Source of the DNA: Ylistrum balloti | Lineage: Eukaryota | Reading direction: 5' to 3' | Length of the DNA: 64,000 nucleotides | Assembly (NCBI RefSeq): GCF_031769215.1 | Contig: NW_026782081.1 | Location: forward strand, 682,001-746,000 | Part shown: piece after piece, positions 61,301-64,000 of the stretch | How the letters are laid out: every line of letters starts with the position of its first letter | How positions within the stretch are numbered: the stretch's first letter is position 1 | Made by a program: the position numbers and the translations under genes | The notes under the pieces: model-generated | The model's database searches: none | What the model saw: only the letters and a program-made list of their open reading frames with translations | What the model was told of the DNA's origin: nothing

Positions 61301-63733
61301 AATTTATTTCTAGGGCATGATATTTTAACCAATACTACCTCTACTTCACCGCATTTTTACTACACGAATAACCCATTGAAGTGCATTTGTTTCTTACGAC
61401 TCAGTACATACCAAAACTTTTAAAATTTTCTTCGTCTTTCTCACAGAAATAAAAATATCTATTGTTATAGAAATACTGGCACCACTGATCTCACCAGGTC
61501 TTTCCATTATGGTATGCCAACTGAAACAGAGAAGGTACTGTACCGTCAAGAAATGCATTGAAGTTATGGCGTTGTTAAATAACTACTAGTGTATTTAGAT
61601 AACCGTCTAAATGTCTTCCGTAGTGTACCAGTTATTCTACCATCTAGCCATCACTAATCATGTTCTCATACTATTTAGACGCCACTAATCAGACTGGCCT
61701 ATTATTTGCCCGCCACACATCAAGTCCTAGTTGTTCAATTCTTGATTAAATTTCACCAGTTAATAGTGAAAATAAGAATAACTTCAAAGCAAAACCACTC
61801 TCAAAAATATCAATCTAATTAGTTTAAACAACTGTACAGCTCTGCAGTTTTTAAAAATGTTCCAAATTTAGTTTAATTTATATTTGAAAATGTTCACTGG
61901 TTAACGCTAATTATCCTTTGAGCAACTGAAGACAAATGCCTTACAATCTAGCCGCTACTGATCACGTTGGCCTATCTGACCGCCACTGATTAAGTTGTCC
62001 CACTAAATGACCGAAACTGATCAAGTTGTCCCACTAATTGACCGCCGCCACTAATCGAGGAAGAGAGAGAGCTAGTGTTGTCATCCAGGCGTCGGCGTTG
62101 ATTTTTAAATGCTTAGATTTCGAGAGTGTTGCAAGGCATTATCACATCCCTTTAAAGTTATATTAGGTCAGAGTACTAATGTTTGATATCAGTGTCCTTG
62201 TTGGGTTTGACTTAACCAATAAGTATTGCTGGTAGTTCAAGAACATACTTTTCCAACCTATACTTTGATAAAATCCTGTGTTGATATTAATTTTGATCTA
62301 TCTTTGACCTTTCCTGCCTACATCTAGTTGGTTAAAAAACACTTTTGTATGTAAACCATTCTAGAATCAGCTGCTATAGTAACCCCCTTTGACGGCCATT
62401 AAAAATGTAGACATTATCATAATCTAAACTTAAATTCAATAAAACTGGGCCAAAATACATGAACAAATAAAGACTTACACGGAGGCTTTTGAAATGGACA
62501 GGTGAAAAAAGAATAGACGTTCCGGGAAATTAAGCACCTTCTACTTCACCAACGACAACCGCAATGTAAATAATGGTTAATTCAAGGACTTAATATTGTG
62601 TTCTCAAACAAGGTATACAACAACGGAACCAAGAGGCAAACTAACGAAAATCAAACACGTTCAGCTTCATATCGCACAAAGAAATAGATCATTTCACTAT
62701 GACGACCGTAAAATTTTCCCCATATTTTTCGTCAACCTGCCTCCTTAAATAAATTAATTAAAATCACCCTTATCACAGTTTGTTGTAATCGCTTATGTGT
62801 AATCTTGTCAGCATTTTTTGTTTTGTTTTGTTTCTTGTTTTGTCTAAATGCATGATAAACTATATAAAAGCATTTACAAATGTATATATTATATGTATAT
62901 ATATATATATATAATTGCTTTTCGTTTTTGTTATTTTCGATGTAATTTATTTATTTATTTGTCTGTTTTCCAAAATGCTTCTACATGAATGTATACATGT
63001 TACAGGAAATCTACACCAGAGTTTTAATGGCACTTGTGGATATATCTAAAATCGTATGGCCTAAGGGAAGAACAGGTACGGGTTTAAATAATGCTTGGTT
63101 CTGATTACACCATATTACGTCTTTTCGTGATGTAGAATTATCTGCTCAGGTTACGTAAATTTGTTTGTGAGAGTAGGGTGATTAGATGATGACGTAATAT
63201 TATCTAACTAATTACGTACCTAAAAAGCCAGCTAACAAGAGCAGATAACTGCATTACAACAAAAATCTGTTTCTATATTAAAATGTCTCGATTTGGTCCC
63301 TGGAATACAAATTAGTTGGATTTAAATATTTTAACCTATTTTAAATTTGATGTAATAATAAATAATTTGATTCTTACATATGAGTGTCTTCTACGATATT
63401 TCAAGGCCCGGATTCTAAGAAGATATTGGAAGGTTTGGTACGAGTATTACTGTTTACAAAAACTGATAAATGTGTAATCACAAATGCTAATGTTAATGTA
63501 GATAATCAGTTAAAGTATATATTGGATTATGATTATGTTGACATGCTGGTCTTTTCTGGATGTTTGTTGTGTATATATCCAGTTTTATCAATACTTTTCA
63601 CAAGTATGTTTTCATTGTTGACTGATAGGTCACGATATAGATGCCGTTGCTAGGCAGTATCTTTGGGAAATCGGATTAGACTTCTCTCACGAGAGTGGGC
63701 ATTCAATAGGGGCATATGGAGGTGTGACAGAAG
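52380..63733 (+). CDS. Secreted Xaa-Pro aminopeptidase (M24B, XPNPEP-like) paralog B, first 19 exons, 3' end beyond window
   Basis: Exons: 52380-52443, 53335-53420, 53714-53809, 55524-55587, 56417-56521, 56620-56709, 56888-57034, 57808-57903, 58060-58147, 58249-58372, 58502-58585, 59438-59560, 59730-59816, 60303-60353, 60505-60566, 60845-60994, 61471-61534, 63006-63075, 63629-63733. Same intron phases as paralog A; motifs DTGGQY, GTTDLTRS, HESGHS. Confidence 0.92.
54760..54818 (-). repeat. Short interspersed repeat, inverted copy of the 45440 family
   Basis: gcagaagacgcttactcttccggaacacatgttttattctccttgcactttttaagg. Confidence 0.7.
61950..62058. repeat. Degenerate ~31-bp tandem repeat
   Basis: gaccgccactgattaagttgtcccactaaat / gaccgaaactgatcaagttgtcccactaatt; related motifs at 61645-61720. 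Confidence 0.6.
62060..62400. mobile_element. Possible degenerate non-autonomous Helentron-like fragment
   Basis: tgttgtcatccaggcgtcggcgttg followed by ttgacc-containing body and atagtaaccccctttgacggcc end; resemblance only. Confidence 0.35.
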
Positions 63734-64000
63734 GTAATGCTACAATCAGTGATAAACTGTATTCATATTTTTAATCCAGACCTGCACTTAGATGTTGCCA
63801 CATACATAAATAATTTTCTGCTGTCAAAGATAATCAATGATAATTTATCCACATAGGTTATTATAACGAGTACATTTCTTCAAATTATTAATTACTATTG
63901 CAAATGCAGGGCAGTGAAATTAGAACTCTTCTAGATTTATAACTCAAACGTAGAAAGTTACTTAAATAATTGCTTAATTCATTTAGAAGATCTACTGACT

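Overview
AT-rich, intron-rich animal genomic DNA, most likely a bivalve mollusc (inferred from gene content and repeat families). Most ORFs in the supplied track are noise, and many begin at GTG or TTG. By hand-splicing I reconstructed four genes. (1) The 3' seven exons (4620-16983, +) of a temptin-domain/copper type II (DBH/MOXD-like) monooxygenase, with all six Cu ligands, a GC-AG intron and a probable GPI signal. (2) A class A peptide-receptor-like GPCR with a single coding exon (25589-26584, -). (3, 4) Two tandem, signal-peptide-bearing Xaa-Pro aminopeptidase (M24B)-like paralogs: A is complete (24 exons, 728 aa, 34459-51276) and B runs off the window after 19 exons. The most notable result is that both aminopeptidase paralogs keep the visible metal ligands but have replaced two conserved non-metal catalytic histidines and share an insertion between the two Asp ligands, suggesting a remodelled or pseudo-enzyme secreted subfamily. 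Other observations: a tandem repeat carrying AUG-UAA start-stop uORFs just upstream of the GPCR start, a degenerate minimal hammerhead ribozyme, decayed Tc1, MULE, Harbinger-like MITE, SINE, Helentron-like and Penelope-like elements, several minisatellites and one assembly gap. No rRNA, tRNA or CRISPR.
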